Positions 12,536 to 25,919 of a DNA stretch of 64,000 nt are shown here, in pieces; positions within the stretch are counted from its first letter, which is position 1, and every line of letters starts with the position of its first letter. The notes beneath the pieces are model-generated. The model did not search any database. It was not told where the DNA came from and worked only from the letters and a program-made list of their open reading frames with translations. The position numbers and the translations under genes were made by a program. This DNA is from Eledone cirrhosa (taxonomy: Eukaryota): the NCBI GenBank assembly GCA_964016885.1, contig OZ024761.1:2480001-2544000 (forward strand), written 5' to 3'.

Positions 12536-15500
12536 TCATCATCATCATTTTACGTCCACTTTTCCCTGCTTGCAAGGGTGGGACAAGTCCTATTCAGCAC
12601 AGCATCTCTCCACTTGTCACGGTCCTTCGTTATCTCCACCGTGAGCTTCAGCAATCTGTGGTCTGTTCACCACATCCACCCATGTTTTTCGTGGTCTACC
12701 TCTACCACGTCTTCCTTCAACTGGCATTTCCTGGCACTTCTTCACCCATCGGTCATCCTCCATGCGCATCACATGTCCATACCACCACAGTCTCCCCTCT
12801 CGCACACTACATTCTATCCCTCTCAGACACAGTTTCTCTCTCAACACATTCATGTTGGGTCATTCACGTACATTGACATTGCACATCCAACGGAGCATGC
12901 TTGCCTCATTTCTCTCCAGCCGTCGCATATCCTCTGCTGTTGCTGCCCAAGTCTCACTACCATGCAGCATCGCGTTCCTCACACAGATATCATATAACCG
13001 GCCTTTCGTACGCAGGGAGAAACCCTTCTTCGTCAGCAGAGGAAGCAGCTCCCTAAACTTCTTCCAACCCGTCCTTATTCTAGATATTATGGCTTCGGAA
13101 CACCCCCCTCCCATGCTAATCTGATCTCCTAGGTACCGGAAGCTATCAACCACTTCTATAGCACCCGCCTGCATTTGAAAAATGTGTCTATCAATGCGAC
13201 TTCTACTGTCTAATTTTCCTGTACATCTACTGCATACGTATTTCTCCCTACCTGTTAGTTTGCCTGCTATCCCACTACATCTCTTGTGTACCCAGGATCT
13301 GCATTGTGTGCATTTTATAGAATTTATGCCAGTTCCTTTTCTGCATATCGAACATGGCCATTTCCCTGACGAAATCAGTTTTGTCCTCTTTTCTACTCAT
13401 CAAAATTTTTGTCTTAGCTAGATTTACTCTCAGTTCTCTTGCTTCCAACTGCTGTTTCCATAGCCACAATTTATTCTATAGCTCCTCTACTGATTCTGCT
13501 ATAAGAACCAGATCATCAGCATATAGAAGTTCCCATGGACAGCCAGTTTTAAACTCCTCTGTTATGGCTTGGAGGACTATAATGAACAAGAGCGGGCTGA
13601 GGACCGAACCTTGATGTACTCCTACTTGTATCTGGAATTCCTCACTAAACTCCATTCCTACCCTGACTTTACTGACAGCACCTCTGTACAAAGTTTGCAC
13701 TATCCTCACAAGCCATTTCTCAACACCTAGTTTCCTTAGGGACCACCAGATGACAGATCGGGGTACCCTATCAAAGGCCTTCTCTAGGTCAACAAAAGCT
13801 AAGTATAGTGGCTTATTCTTCTCTAAGAACCTCTCTTGTAATTGTCTCACCAAGAAGAGGGCATTTGTTGTCCTTTTCCCAGGAACAAAACCAAACTGCA
13901 TCTCATCTAGTTTGAACCTTTCTCTAATTAGTTGTGCTAATATTTCTCTGCCACTTTCATAACCTGATCCATCAGTTTTATACCCCTATAATTGCTCCTC
14001 TCCAGAGAACCCCCTTTACCTTTGTAGCAATTTATGAGAATACTGCTGCACCAGTCTTTGGGTATGACACCGCCATATATAGCCTGATTGATGATGCGTG
14101 CAACCAGTTTAGTGCCTACGTCCCCTGATGCCTTCAGCATCTCAGCAACTATCCCCGATGGTCCAGCGGCCTTACCATTTTTCATTTCCTTAATCGCCTC
14201 TTGGACCCTATATTTGTCAATCTCAATAGCTGGTCCCTCTGTCGGATCTACTGAGGGTAATTTCTCTCACTCCCATTTGTTCTCCATATTCATCAGTCAC
14301 TCATAATGACATTTCCAGGCCTCTTTTTTCTGATCATTTGTGACATTAAGTACACCGGCATCATTCCGGAGACATTTATCTCCAACAACATCCTGATTTG
14401 CATTGACACACTGCCTTGCAATGTGGAACACCGCACGCCTCTGAACATTGGCAAACCTCTTACTCTCTGCCTCCCTGCGTGCTAAGTACACCTAATGTCT
14501 AGCTTCTCTCTTAGCGACTGTATATCCTTCTCTACTCCCACCCTTTTCCCAAGCCTTCCATGCTAGTCTTTTGTCTCTATCTACCGTGCTGTTCCACCAC
14601 CAGGTCACTCTCTGTCTGGTTGGAGCTCTGCTCCAGCCACAAGTTTCATCAGTAGCCTGCAGAAAGTTGTCACGTAAGAAATTCCAGTTATTATCTATGT
14701 CATACGACTCTAAATCGTCTTCCTTTTCATCATACACATCTTGAAGGGCTTTCCTAAATTTGTATTTTAGTGAAAGGTCTTTTAGCTTCCAGACCTTTCT
14801 TCTCCACACCTTCCTGTATGTCTCATTCCATCTCTTGCTTACTGAGATATCACTAACGACTAACCTATGCTGTGGGGTACATTCTTCCACAGGGTATGCC
14901 TTGGTATTTGACACCATCTGCCTGTCCCGCTGCCTAACTAGTAAGAAGTCAATCTGGCTTATGTGCTCGCCTGATTTGTAGGTTATTAGTTGGTTGGCAG
15001 GTTTCGGGAAGTTAGTGTTGCAAATGGTCAGTGTACTTGCATCACAAAATTCAAGAAGTCTCACTCCTTCTTCATTTCTTGAGCCATAACCGTACCCACC
15101 ATGTACCCCAGTGTAACCATCCTGGAGCTGTCCAACATGACCATTGAAGTCCCTTGCTAGCATAAAAATGTCTCCGTCCTCTGTCATTGCGGCTGTTTGT
15201 AAAAGTTGCTCGTAAAAGCAGTCTTTCTCTTCTTTGCCTAGGCCTGCTTGTGGAGCATAGGCAGAGATGATTGTCAGTAGTCTCCTACCTACAACTAATC
15301 TAAGCTTAATTATTTGATTATTAACTCAAACTACCTCTATTGTCTTATTGATCCATCTGTCAGCCAGGAAAATGCCTACTCCCCCTAACCTATCATCCTT
15401 ACCTACCCAGAAAAGCTTATAACTAAGATGTTTGCCTGCGATTAGTCTCACAGAGGCACCTCTCCATCTCACCTCTTGCACGCAGCACACATCCACATGC

Positions 15501-16215
15501 CTTCTCTCCAGCATCTCCGCTATTTCAGCAGATCTACCTCTGAGAGTGCCAACATTAAGTGTTGCAACTCTGAGATGCGACGTCTTCATATTTTTGTTGT
15601 TCCTTTTCCTGTAGTGCAATTGCTTGAAGATGGTCAGGGGGTTCTCACACATGGCCGCACCAGCCACCCCACTACCGTGCGCAGCCCTAACATGGTTAGT
15701 GTTATTGCTGTTTATGCAGTTATTGCAATATATATTTGTTGCTTTGTTCATAATTGTTTTGGCATTGATACACTGGCTGGATGCCCTTCCTAACACCAGT
15801 GCCACTTTACAGCATGGACTGGGTGCTTTTTTTCGTGCCACCAGCACTAGAGAGGATGTCTTACTGGACTCATGGGCCCCCTCTACCCCTCCATTTTACA
15901 GCATAACAATAACAATAACACTATTAATAGTTATTAATTAATGCAATCGCGCAATGCCTGTGCGTGAAGAATATTTTAAATTGAGGCAAGACTGTGGACT
16001 GAGCCAATCCCACTCGCTGAGCGACATTAGCTATAATCCGAAAAGAAAAGATCAACATCATCGCTAACTACTGAGCTGCAGGTTTTATATTGGAGTTATC
16101 CCAGTTTCCTGAGTTGCCTTCTCCTAGAAGAATGCCCTGAGAAAGGCTAGGGGTCCTTCACTCCCAGTGGTTTAACTGCACGATCGGGCATCCAGCCCGA
16201 CTTTTTCTATGTCCC
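12536..16215 (-). mobile_element. Near full-length degenerate RTE-clade LINE, second subfamily, including 5' UTR
   Basis: Minus-strand ORFs 15326-15847, 14492-15187, 13937-14185, 13476-13901 (LYADDL), 12860-13174 and 12617-12853; (cat)n tail at 12536. Confidence 0.92.
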
Positions 16216-16313
16216 CACGCATATATGTGTATATATATATGTGTATATATATGTTTATATATATGTGTATATATATATATAAACCCCTATAGGGAAAAGC
16301 GGACATAAAATGA

Positions 16314-16348
<35 letters not shown>

Positions 16349-16611
16349 AAAAAGTGTGGATGTTAGAAAACGTATTATACAGATCACATTACATTAGGGA
16401 AATGATAGAAAAAAAGGGTTTGAAAAGGACACCTGGTGTATATAGATAAAGGATCTTTATAACATTGATGTTTAGCAAAGCCTGCTTTCTCCACCTTGGA
16501 TTATCAAAACATTCGTTATTAGGTTAAATTGTTTTACCTTGTTAAAACTCCTGCTTGCTGATTCTCGATATATTTAAACCTTTATTATCATTATTATTAT
16601 TATTATTACTA

Positions 16612-16850
16612 GGGTGGTGGATTGGCAATATCTGTAGAACATCGGACGTCATGCTTTGCTGCATAGAGTTATGGCCCTTTATGTCCTGAGATTAAATCCC
16701 ACTGAGGTTAGCTTTGTCTTACAACCTTACGGGGTCGATAAAATAAAGTACCAGTCACGCACTGGGGTCGATTTAATTGACTTTCCCTTCTTCCTTCAAA
16801 TTGCTGACCTTGTGCCTATAGTAAAAACAATTATTATTATTATTATTATA
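16612..16850 (+). mobile_element. SINE (Octopus OR-like family), near full copy with (ATT)n tail
   Basis: Central ggggtcgataaaataaagtaccagt...ctggggtcgat domain. Further copies at ~17385-17495, 18652-18780, 39330-39400 and 42285-42405. Confidence 0.75.
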
Positions 16851-18080
16851 TTTATATATATATATATTTGCTCGGGTATTAAATACCAGTTATGTATACC
16901 ATTTATGTTAATACTTCAGTGCTGCTTCGAAAACTATACTTTTACAAAATCATCGGCTTTTTCCAAAAGGGGGTTCCTGCCCCGAGGGGTCCCCTACTCA
17001 ATATGTGCCAATTCTGAGAGTTCACATTCATCTGTAGAACAAACGTAGCCCATGTGTCAAGTTTTGTGAAAATCGGTTGCGAACTCCAGAAGTTATGACG
17101 TTTTGTTGCCTTGCACTGCAGTGCTTCAGCCGACTCCAAGGAAGTGGTTAAAGGGGGTTATCTGCTGGGAGGCCCTATAATCAATATCTGGAAAAATGAA
17201 AGTGCCCATGACCATCCGGAGTACATAAGTAACCTATGTCTTAAGTTTGGTGAAAATACTGTAGAAATGCATAAGGTTTACACACACACACGTGCGTGTG
17301 TGTGTGTGTATGTATATGTATGTGTATGTCCGTCGCCGCATACGTATGTACTGGCCTAAACTTCACTATTTACTTTTACTATTAAAATCCCGTCAAGGTT
17401 AACTTTGCCTTTCATCCATATGGAGTTGATAAAATAAAGTACCAGTAATGTACTGGGTAATTGCTGGCCTTGCGCCAAAAGTAGAAACAACTATTTTAAT
17501 AACCTCTGTCATTTTCGTTTACAATTTTATTTACATTTTTATTTAAACTCCGGGGCTGGAAATCATTCGGTTATTTTAAATAGAATATTAGTCTAACGAC
17601 TCCATTTATACCATAAACTTGGTCTTGTCTTTGCATGAAATCGTTCTTCTCGGTCCACATAACGACGTATTATCTTCGCTTAATAGATTTAACTCTTACT
17701 GGAACGCTGCACGAACACATACACACACACACGTGCACGTACACACACACGCACACATGTTAATTAGTTATAGTATTCCTTCTCCTCTTCCACTGTCATG
17801 TATCAAACACAGCGTCTGTCGCTCTCTCTCTCTCCCGCTAACCCCCTCTTTTAGTCTGTCTGTTTCTTTCACTCTCACTCTTTCTTTTTCATTTTTATAG
17901 ATATAGAAATTTTTTTCTGTGCGAAGCCGTACCTATAGTCAGTTTTATCGATTTTTTACCTGGGCAAAGGGGGAGTCGATCATTCGCAATGTCATGCCGA
18001 CCTGCCCTGATAAGTTTGTGGTTGATTACAAAAGAAATTTTGAAAATCGGCCTTGCAGATCAAAAGTTGCTGTGGAACAG

Positions 18081-18115
<35 letters not shown>

Positions 18116-18230
18116 GACATTTTCATTTTTATAGATATAGATGGAGAGATGCTGTGCTGAATAGGATCCGTCCAACCCTTGCAAGCAGGGAAAAGCGGAC
18201 GTAAAATGATGATGATGATGATATATTTAT

Positions 18231-18460
18231 ATTATATTATGTTAAAATTAAATGAGAAAAAAACTCTAATTCAGCAAGTACAAACAAGATAGACAAACAA
18301 AGTATTCTATCTAACCTCATATATAGATCTCTCCCCCATGGTTTCATGTGGGGAACATTATTATTCTTCCCCATATGAAACCATGGTGGGGAGATCTATC
18401 TTGTTAGAACTCCCTGAATTAGACTTTTTTTCTCATTTTATTTTAATATATAATATAATT
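18231..18460. mobile_element. Fold-back (nested inverted repeat) PLE-like remnant
   Basis: Inner hairpin 18323-18399 (atagatctc...ccatggtttcat / atgaaaccatgg...gagatctat) plus outer imperfect arms. Confidence 0.55.
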
Positions 18461-18640
18461 GTTTCTACTTTTGGCACAAGGCCAGCAATTATCCCAGTGC
18501 ATTACTGGTACTTTATTTTATCGACCCCGTAAGGCTCAGTTAACCTCGGCGAGATTTAAACTTAGATCATAAAGGGCCGTAACTCTATGCTACAAAGCAT
18601 GGTGTCCGACTCTCTACAGATACTGCCAATCCACTGCCCT
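18458..18640 (-). mobile_element. SINE (OR-like)
   Basis: Reverse complement of the 16612 family. Confidence 0.75.
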
Positions 18641-19179
18641 ATTATATATAAGAGGTTCACTTTGCCTTTCATCCTTACGGGGTCGATAAAATAAAGTACC
18701 AGTAATGCACTGGGGTTGATTTAATCGACTTTCCCTCCTCCCAAATTGTTGGCCTTGTGTCTATATAAGAAACTATTATTTATTATAGAAATGACTTCAA
18801 CAGGACTAGAACTGTTTCATTCATATGAAATCATCAGGATAGCCCGATGATTAAATAATGATCTTAACACTCTACTAATGTATAGAGTACCTTAACTGGG
18901 GTTACCCCCGATTTCACCCAGGATCAACATATATATATATATATCATCATTGTTTTAACGTCTATATATATATTGGTGTCCTAGCATATCTTCAGCCAGT
19001 TGTCTGGAGTAGGTAAAAGAATAAAAGTATATACATATATATATCTTTCACTCTTTCTTTACTGCTCTGTCTCATTCTCTCTCTCTTTCCTCTTTTTCCT
19101 CCCCTCTCCCTTCTCACTCCTAAAATGATTTAGCAGAAAATATCTAAAAAAACAAGGTTTGTCTATTAAAATGTCTGTA

Positions 19180-19520
19180 GTATCTTTACTCGTTGGCATA
19201 TTGTGAATATTTACAGTCAACTAAAGTAAAGACAATGTAATGTAGTCATAGTGTTGTTTTGTACTAAATGTTTATAGTATCTTTACTGGTGGACAGATTG
19301 TTGTGAAAATTTACAGTATTACAGTAAAGACTTTAATATTTAATGTGATGTAGTCATAGTGTTGTTTTGCACTAAATGTTTATAGTATCTTTACTACTGA
19401 ACAGATTGTTGTGAAAATTTACAGTATTACAGTAAAGACTTTAATATTTAATGTGATGTAGTCATAGTGTTGTGAACATTTACAGTAAAGACTTCAATTT
19501 TGAATGTGATGCAGTCATAC
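19180..19520. repeat. ~109-bp tandem repeat, about 3 units
   Basis: gtatctttact...tttacagt...gtaaagac...gtagtcatagtgttg repeated. Confidence 0.8.
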
Positions 19521-19666
19521 CTCTGTTTCGTATTTTTCAAGAATATTCTACTCTATAGTTTCATGCAATAAAGAACGTTAGCAATTAATTACAGTCAGTC
19601 ATCATCATCAGGTATTTAAAAAAAAACACAAACAAACCCTGATGTACCTTAATTATCTATACTCAG

Positions 19667-19852
19667 GTGTTAAAAACTCGTCAGAGACAGATGGAAGAAA
19701 AGCTGGAAAAATTGACTGAACTTCAGGAGGAATCTCTTGAAGATCGGGAAGAATTACTGAAAGACATGGAACTGGCCCAACAACTGTCACACAGAGAGAA
19801 GGAAAGATTGGAAACAGCGCGGTCGGAACAACGGAGGATCCTTGATCAACAG
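19667..19852 (+). CDS. TCHP: TCHP exon (VLKTRQRQMEEK...RRILDQQ)
   Basis: ctcag acceptor, GTGAGA donor, 186 bp, phase 0/0. Confidence 0.9.
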
Positions 19853-20047
19853 GTGAGAAATATACGCCATTGGTCTTGGTCTTGTTTTGGTTTGTATTTC
19901 AATGTTTAATTAGTACTTAACAGATTATTTTATTTTACAGATAGATTATGAAATATTCAGTTTCTTTATTAATTGTCTGTCTGTCTCTATACATGTTTTC
20001 CAATTCCACCCCGCTCGTCCCCTCAAACTATTTTATTTCTCATTCTT

Positions 20048-20083
20048 TCTTCTGATGAAGGACTAGCATCCGAAACGTTAAGA
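20048..20083 (+). ncRNA. Minimal type I hammerhead ribozyme
   Basis: tctt-CTGATGA-a-gga(ctagca)tcc-GAAA-cg-T-T-aaga. Stem I tctt/aaga; palindromic ACGT stem III typical of dimeric PLE HHRs. Confidence 0.75.
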
Positions 20084-20171
20084 CCCTCTTCCTGCTATAC
20101 CAAGCATTAACCTAATATATCCCTTCCATATACTGTACCGATTGTGTTGTTATATATATATATATATATAT

Positions 20172-20580
20172 ATTTATTAAAATAACAGATTAAAGTTTAA
20201 GCAAAGAATCGCTGCTTTCACCCTTAACGGGATCTTCTGAAACTAACAAAGTCAATCTGTAAACGCAGAAGTGAATATTTCAAAAAACGTTGCAACCGGA
20301 GGAAGACAGGAAGACGATACTTTGGTTCGTGGAAACGTTCCCTGGCAAAGAACGGGAAAAAACGAATATAATACGTCATTATTTGGAGCGGTGAAAAGCA
20401 ATTACATGCAAAGACAGAACCACGTCTATGGTATAAAAGAAGTCGTAGACTAATATTCTCTTAGGTGGTTCATAGAGACGTTCTCTGGCAATGAACGGAA
20501 AAAACGAGGAAACCGAATGATTCTCGGCTTCAGAGTTAAGAATAAAGTAAATAAAATACAGAGGTAATTGAAATTTAATT
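20172..20580 (-). mobile_element. Solo pLTR of the PLE family at 28800-30690, with a CAGAAGA-core HHR at 20194-20244
   Basis: Reverse complement of ~30190-30688 without the internal duplication; abuts (TA)n. Confidence 0.75.
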
Positions 20581-20874
20581 ATAATAAATTGAAGTGAAAA
20601 CCAACAGGTGTGTGTGTTTTTATTGGCAACATGACCCTCCCAAAGTATAACAATATATATATACACACACTGTAAACGTTGTTGGTGTTAGGAAGGGCAT
20701 CCAGCTGTAAAAGTCCCAGCCAAAATACAGTTGTGTCTGAGCAAAGTATGGCATGGGTGACCCATTTAAGCCATGCAAGCATGGAAAAATATACGTTGAT
20801 TGGTGATGATGATGATGATATAAATACTCATGGCAATAAGTTGATGTTTTTTTCCCTGTTTGTGTTCCGGTTAG

Positions 20875-21018
20875 GTGACGGCCCAACGAGAGGAACTTGA
20901 GTCAGCCCGACTAGTGGAGAGGTTACAGTTGGACGATGAGAGAGAAAACACGAAAACATACAACACCGTCCTCTTGGAAGAGGCTGAACGGAGAAGACAG
21001 AGAGGTTACATACAGAAG
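20875..21018 (+). CDS. TCHP: TCHP exon (VTAQREELESARL...RGYIQK)
   Basis: ttag acceptor, GTGGGT donor, 144 bp open frame, phase 0/0. Not in the ORF track; translated by hand. Confidence 0.85.
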
Positions 21019-21648
21019 GTGGGTGGGTTGAGTTGACCCTTGACTGACGTGGGGTGGTGTTGGTGGGGAGTGTGGTGGTTGGGTGGGTGTTGGTGAGGGT
21101 GGAGGTGTTGATGGGGATGGTGGTGTAGTGGTGGGGGGTGATGGTGGTGTTGGTGGGGGATGGTGGTGAGTGTGGTGGTTGGGTGGGTGGTGAGTGTGGT
21201 GGTGTTGGTGGGGGATGGTGGTGAGTGGTGGTTGGGTGGGTGGTGTTGGTGGGGGATGGTGGTGAGTGGTGGTTGGGTGGGTGGTAAGTGTGGTGGTCTT
21301 GGTGGGGGACGGTGGTGTTGGTGGGGGATGGTGGTGGTTGGGTGGGTGTTGGGTGTTGGTGGGGGATGGTGGTGTTGGTGGGGTATGGTGGTGGTTGGGT
21401 GGGTGTTGGTGGGGGATGGTGGTGTGTGTGGTGGTGGTGATGGTGGTGGTGGTGGGGAGGAAGCTCTGGAAGGAACTTTACTGCTTTTATCTCTCTTCAC
21501 TCTCCTATTCTACCACCCCTCCCCCTATTCCACCCGCTCCCCCTATCCCACCACCGTCCCCATATCCACCCCCCTGTCCAACCACCCCTCCCATATCCCA
21601 CCACTCCTCCCCCATATACACAACACAGATAATATTTGTCTTTTCCAG

Positions 21649-21678
21649 AATTATGGTCGTCGTACTGCCTGGATGTGA
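21649..21678 (+). CDS. TCHP: TCHP terminal coding exon (NYGRRTAWM*)
   Basis: ttttccag acceptor; YG...AW ending as in TCHP; candidate AATAAA at 22203-22208. Confidence 0.82.
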   Translation, partial: NYGRRTAWM

Positions 21679-22073
21679 TGTGAAGGCTATCATCCCTACA
21701 TGGTTTGTGAGGGGGCATTCGATACTCTACCGGATAATGTGGTTACTGTGGACACTCCACTACCTCAGTGGACACTCCACAGTCTCACTATGGTGGCTGT
21801 GATCTCGATGGAGGCTCCACTGCCTCACTGTGACAAATGTCAACACTACTGGACAGATGGAGGAGGTAGTGTCCCTTCAATTGAAGCAACAATAACAGCA
21901 ATAACTACTACTACTACTGCTGCTGCTGTCACTACTACTACTACTACTACTACTGTTACTGCTACTACCACTACTACTATTACTACTTCTACTACTACCA
22001 CTAATACTGGTACTGCTGCTACTACTACTACTACTACTACTACCACTACTACTGACTGGTACTGCTGCTGCTG

Positions 22074-22114
<41 letters not shown>

Positions 22115-22515
22115 GGTACTACAACCACCACTACCACTTCAACTACAATATATATAGAAAGAGAGAGTGTATGATGTCAACACTTCTGGTGGCGATCACT
22201 TAAATAAACATACTAATTTTCTGTCACTAATTTTCTCCTAATGCAGTTTATATATAAAATCGTCTGTTTTAATGTACCATGGATTACGTTACTGATTACA
22301 TAAGAGAGTGTAACGCAGTCTTCGTTCAATTTCTCTGTATATTGTCAATTACGATTTTATTTGATGTATCATATCTACATGTATATATACCTGCGTATAA
22401 TATCAATATACACACTACACAGGCTAGCAGAAAAACCACCCAAGTGGTGGTTTTTCTGCTAGTGGTAATAATTTCTAGTGTGTGTGTATATAAATATATA
22501 TATATAGTATATATT

Positions 22516-22580
<65 letters not shown>

Positions 22581-22623
22581 GTGTATATATTTGTGTATAT
22601 ATATATATATGTATATATATTTG

Positions 22624-22658
<35 letters not shown>

Positions 22659-22734
22659 GTATATATATTTGTATATGTGTATATATTTGTGTATATATGT
22701 ATAAATTATATATATTTGTATATATATATATATA

Positions 22735-24143
22735 TCATCATCATCATCATCATCAGCGTTTAACGTCCGTGTTCCACGCTTGCATGGGTTTGGACGGGGG
22801 TAGTCCCACTTGAGGCAAGAGTGATTGTCTTGCTCGCATAGGACTGTCTGGCAGGTTTTCTACAGTTGGATGCCCTTCCTAACACCAACCACATTTACAG
22901 TGTGGGTCTGGGAGGTTTTTACCGTGTTGCCTACACGGCCACATTACAGCGTGGACTGTGTGTTTTTTTGTCGTGACACCTACACGATCTCATTTGTTTC
23001 GGCCTCGATGGCGCGGCACCAACATAACTTTACATAGAACGGGGGGGTGTGGATCGGGTGGGGGTGGTGGGACGGGGTGTATTTGTTAGAGATGCCTACT
23101 GGCTGGAGTAGGTTTTACTATATATTTAGGTAAGGCGGGTCTTCTCTGTTACTGAGTACCGCCAAAGGTCTCGGTCCAGTGACATTGTCTTGGAGAGGTG
23201 TAAGTGTGTGATGTCGGAGTTTATCAGCTCGTCCCAGGTTTTTCTAGGTCTGCCTATTCCGTGACTACCGTCTATCTTTATTGCCCTGCACTTTGTTATA
23301 CAGCTATCGACTTTCATGCGCATCACGTGTCCATACCAACGTAGCCTTCTCTCGAGTAAACAACATCTGATCCCTCTTATCTCTAATTTATTCCTTAGTT
23401 CGTTTATGCTTTGCCGTTCACGTATATTACTGTTACACATCCAGCGGAGCATGCAAGCTTCGTTCCTCTCTAGTCTGCGTATATCCTCTGCACACAATGC
23501 CCAGGTCTCACTGCCATGCAGCATTGCTGTTCGTATGCAGGCATCGTACAACCTGCCTTTCATTTTTAGTGAGAACCCTTTAGCAGCTAATAGTGGTATA
23601 AGCTCTCTGAACTTTTTCCAACCAGTTCTGACTCTAGCTACAGTACTTTCAGAGCACCCTCCCCCACTGCTGATTTTATCGCCCAGGTAACGGAAGCTGT
23701 CCACTATTTCTATAGAACCCTCTGCGCAATTGAAAGAGCTAGTAGTTTGTGGGCACTTGCTGCTACTTATTGCACCAGAGCACCGGCCACATGTAAAATC
23801 TATGTTCTTAGTTAGCCTACCTGTGATCCCACTACATCTTTTATGCACCCATACTTTGCATTTAGGACATAAAATGGAGTTTCTACCTACGCCTTTCCTA
23901 CACACCGAGCACGACCATTTCCCAGAAGGGACCGCCGCCTTGTTTTCTTTCCTACAAACTAGTACTTTGGTCTTAGCCAGGTTAATTTTAAGTCCTTTTG
24001 ACTCTAGGCCGTGCTTCCATGTTTGGAATTTCTTCTCTAGCTCGGCCATTGATTCCGCTATGAGTGTCAGGTCGTCTGCGTATAGGAGTTCCCATGGGCA
24101 GCCTGTCTTGAACTCCTCTGTTATGGCCTGAAGGGCAATACAC
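22735..24143 (-). mobile_element. 5'-truncated RTE LINE (PHD + RT C-terminus + 3' UTR)
   Basis: ORF 23126-24049 intact over 307 aa; same subfamily as 8970-12411. Confidence 0.92.
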
Positions 24144-24256
24144 GTGGTCTGTGCGTGTGTGTGTACACATGCTCTTCATTATATATATACACACACATAT
24201 ATACATACTTTGGAGTACTTTATTAATACCTCTTTACTTCCACTCTTTTTTCCCTG

Positions 24257-25520
<1,264 letters not shown>

Positions 25521-25645
25521 CAGCCTGATGGCTGAGCTCTTGCTGTTTCGACAGCAAATTCCAGACTCCATATATGTATATATATATATGTACGTGTATG
25601 TGTGTATTGATATATATATTTGCTTGTATGTGTGTGTATATCTCT

Positions 25646-25692
<47 letters not shown>

Positions 25693-25919
25693 GAGACAGA
25701 GAGAGAGAGAAAGAGATGTGTGTATGTCTTAAGTTACCTGTCTGTCTGTCTGTCTCTGTAACTATATATAACTGTTTTTATACATTTTCTATTGCATAAA
25801 TAAAAATGAAATTTCAACTGAGATATATTTAATTGTTGCTTTATTAAACCTTGGGGGGTGGCGGTGGGGTGGTGATTAATTAAAATACACTAATGTCAAC
25901 ATTACCACAGTAGAGGGAG

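Noticed and set aside
18800-18850. Functional HHR on the minus strand
   Set aside because: CTGATGA and GAAA are present but stem I does not pair convincingly; counted only as a degenerate remnant.
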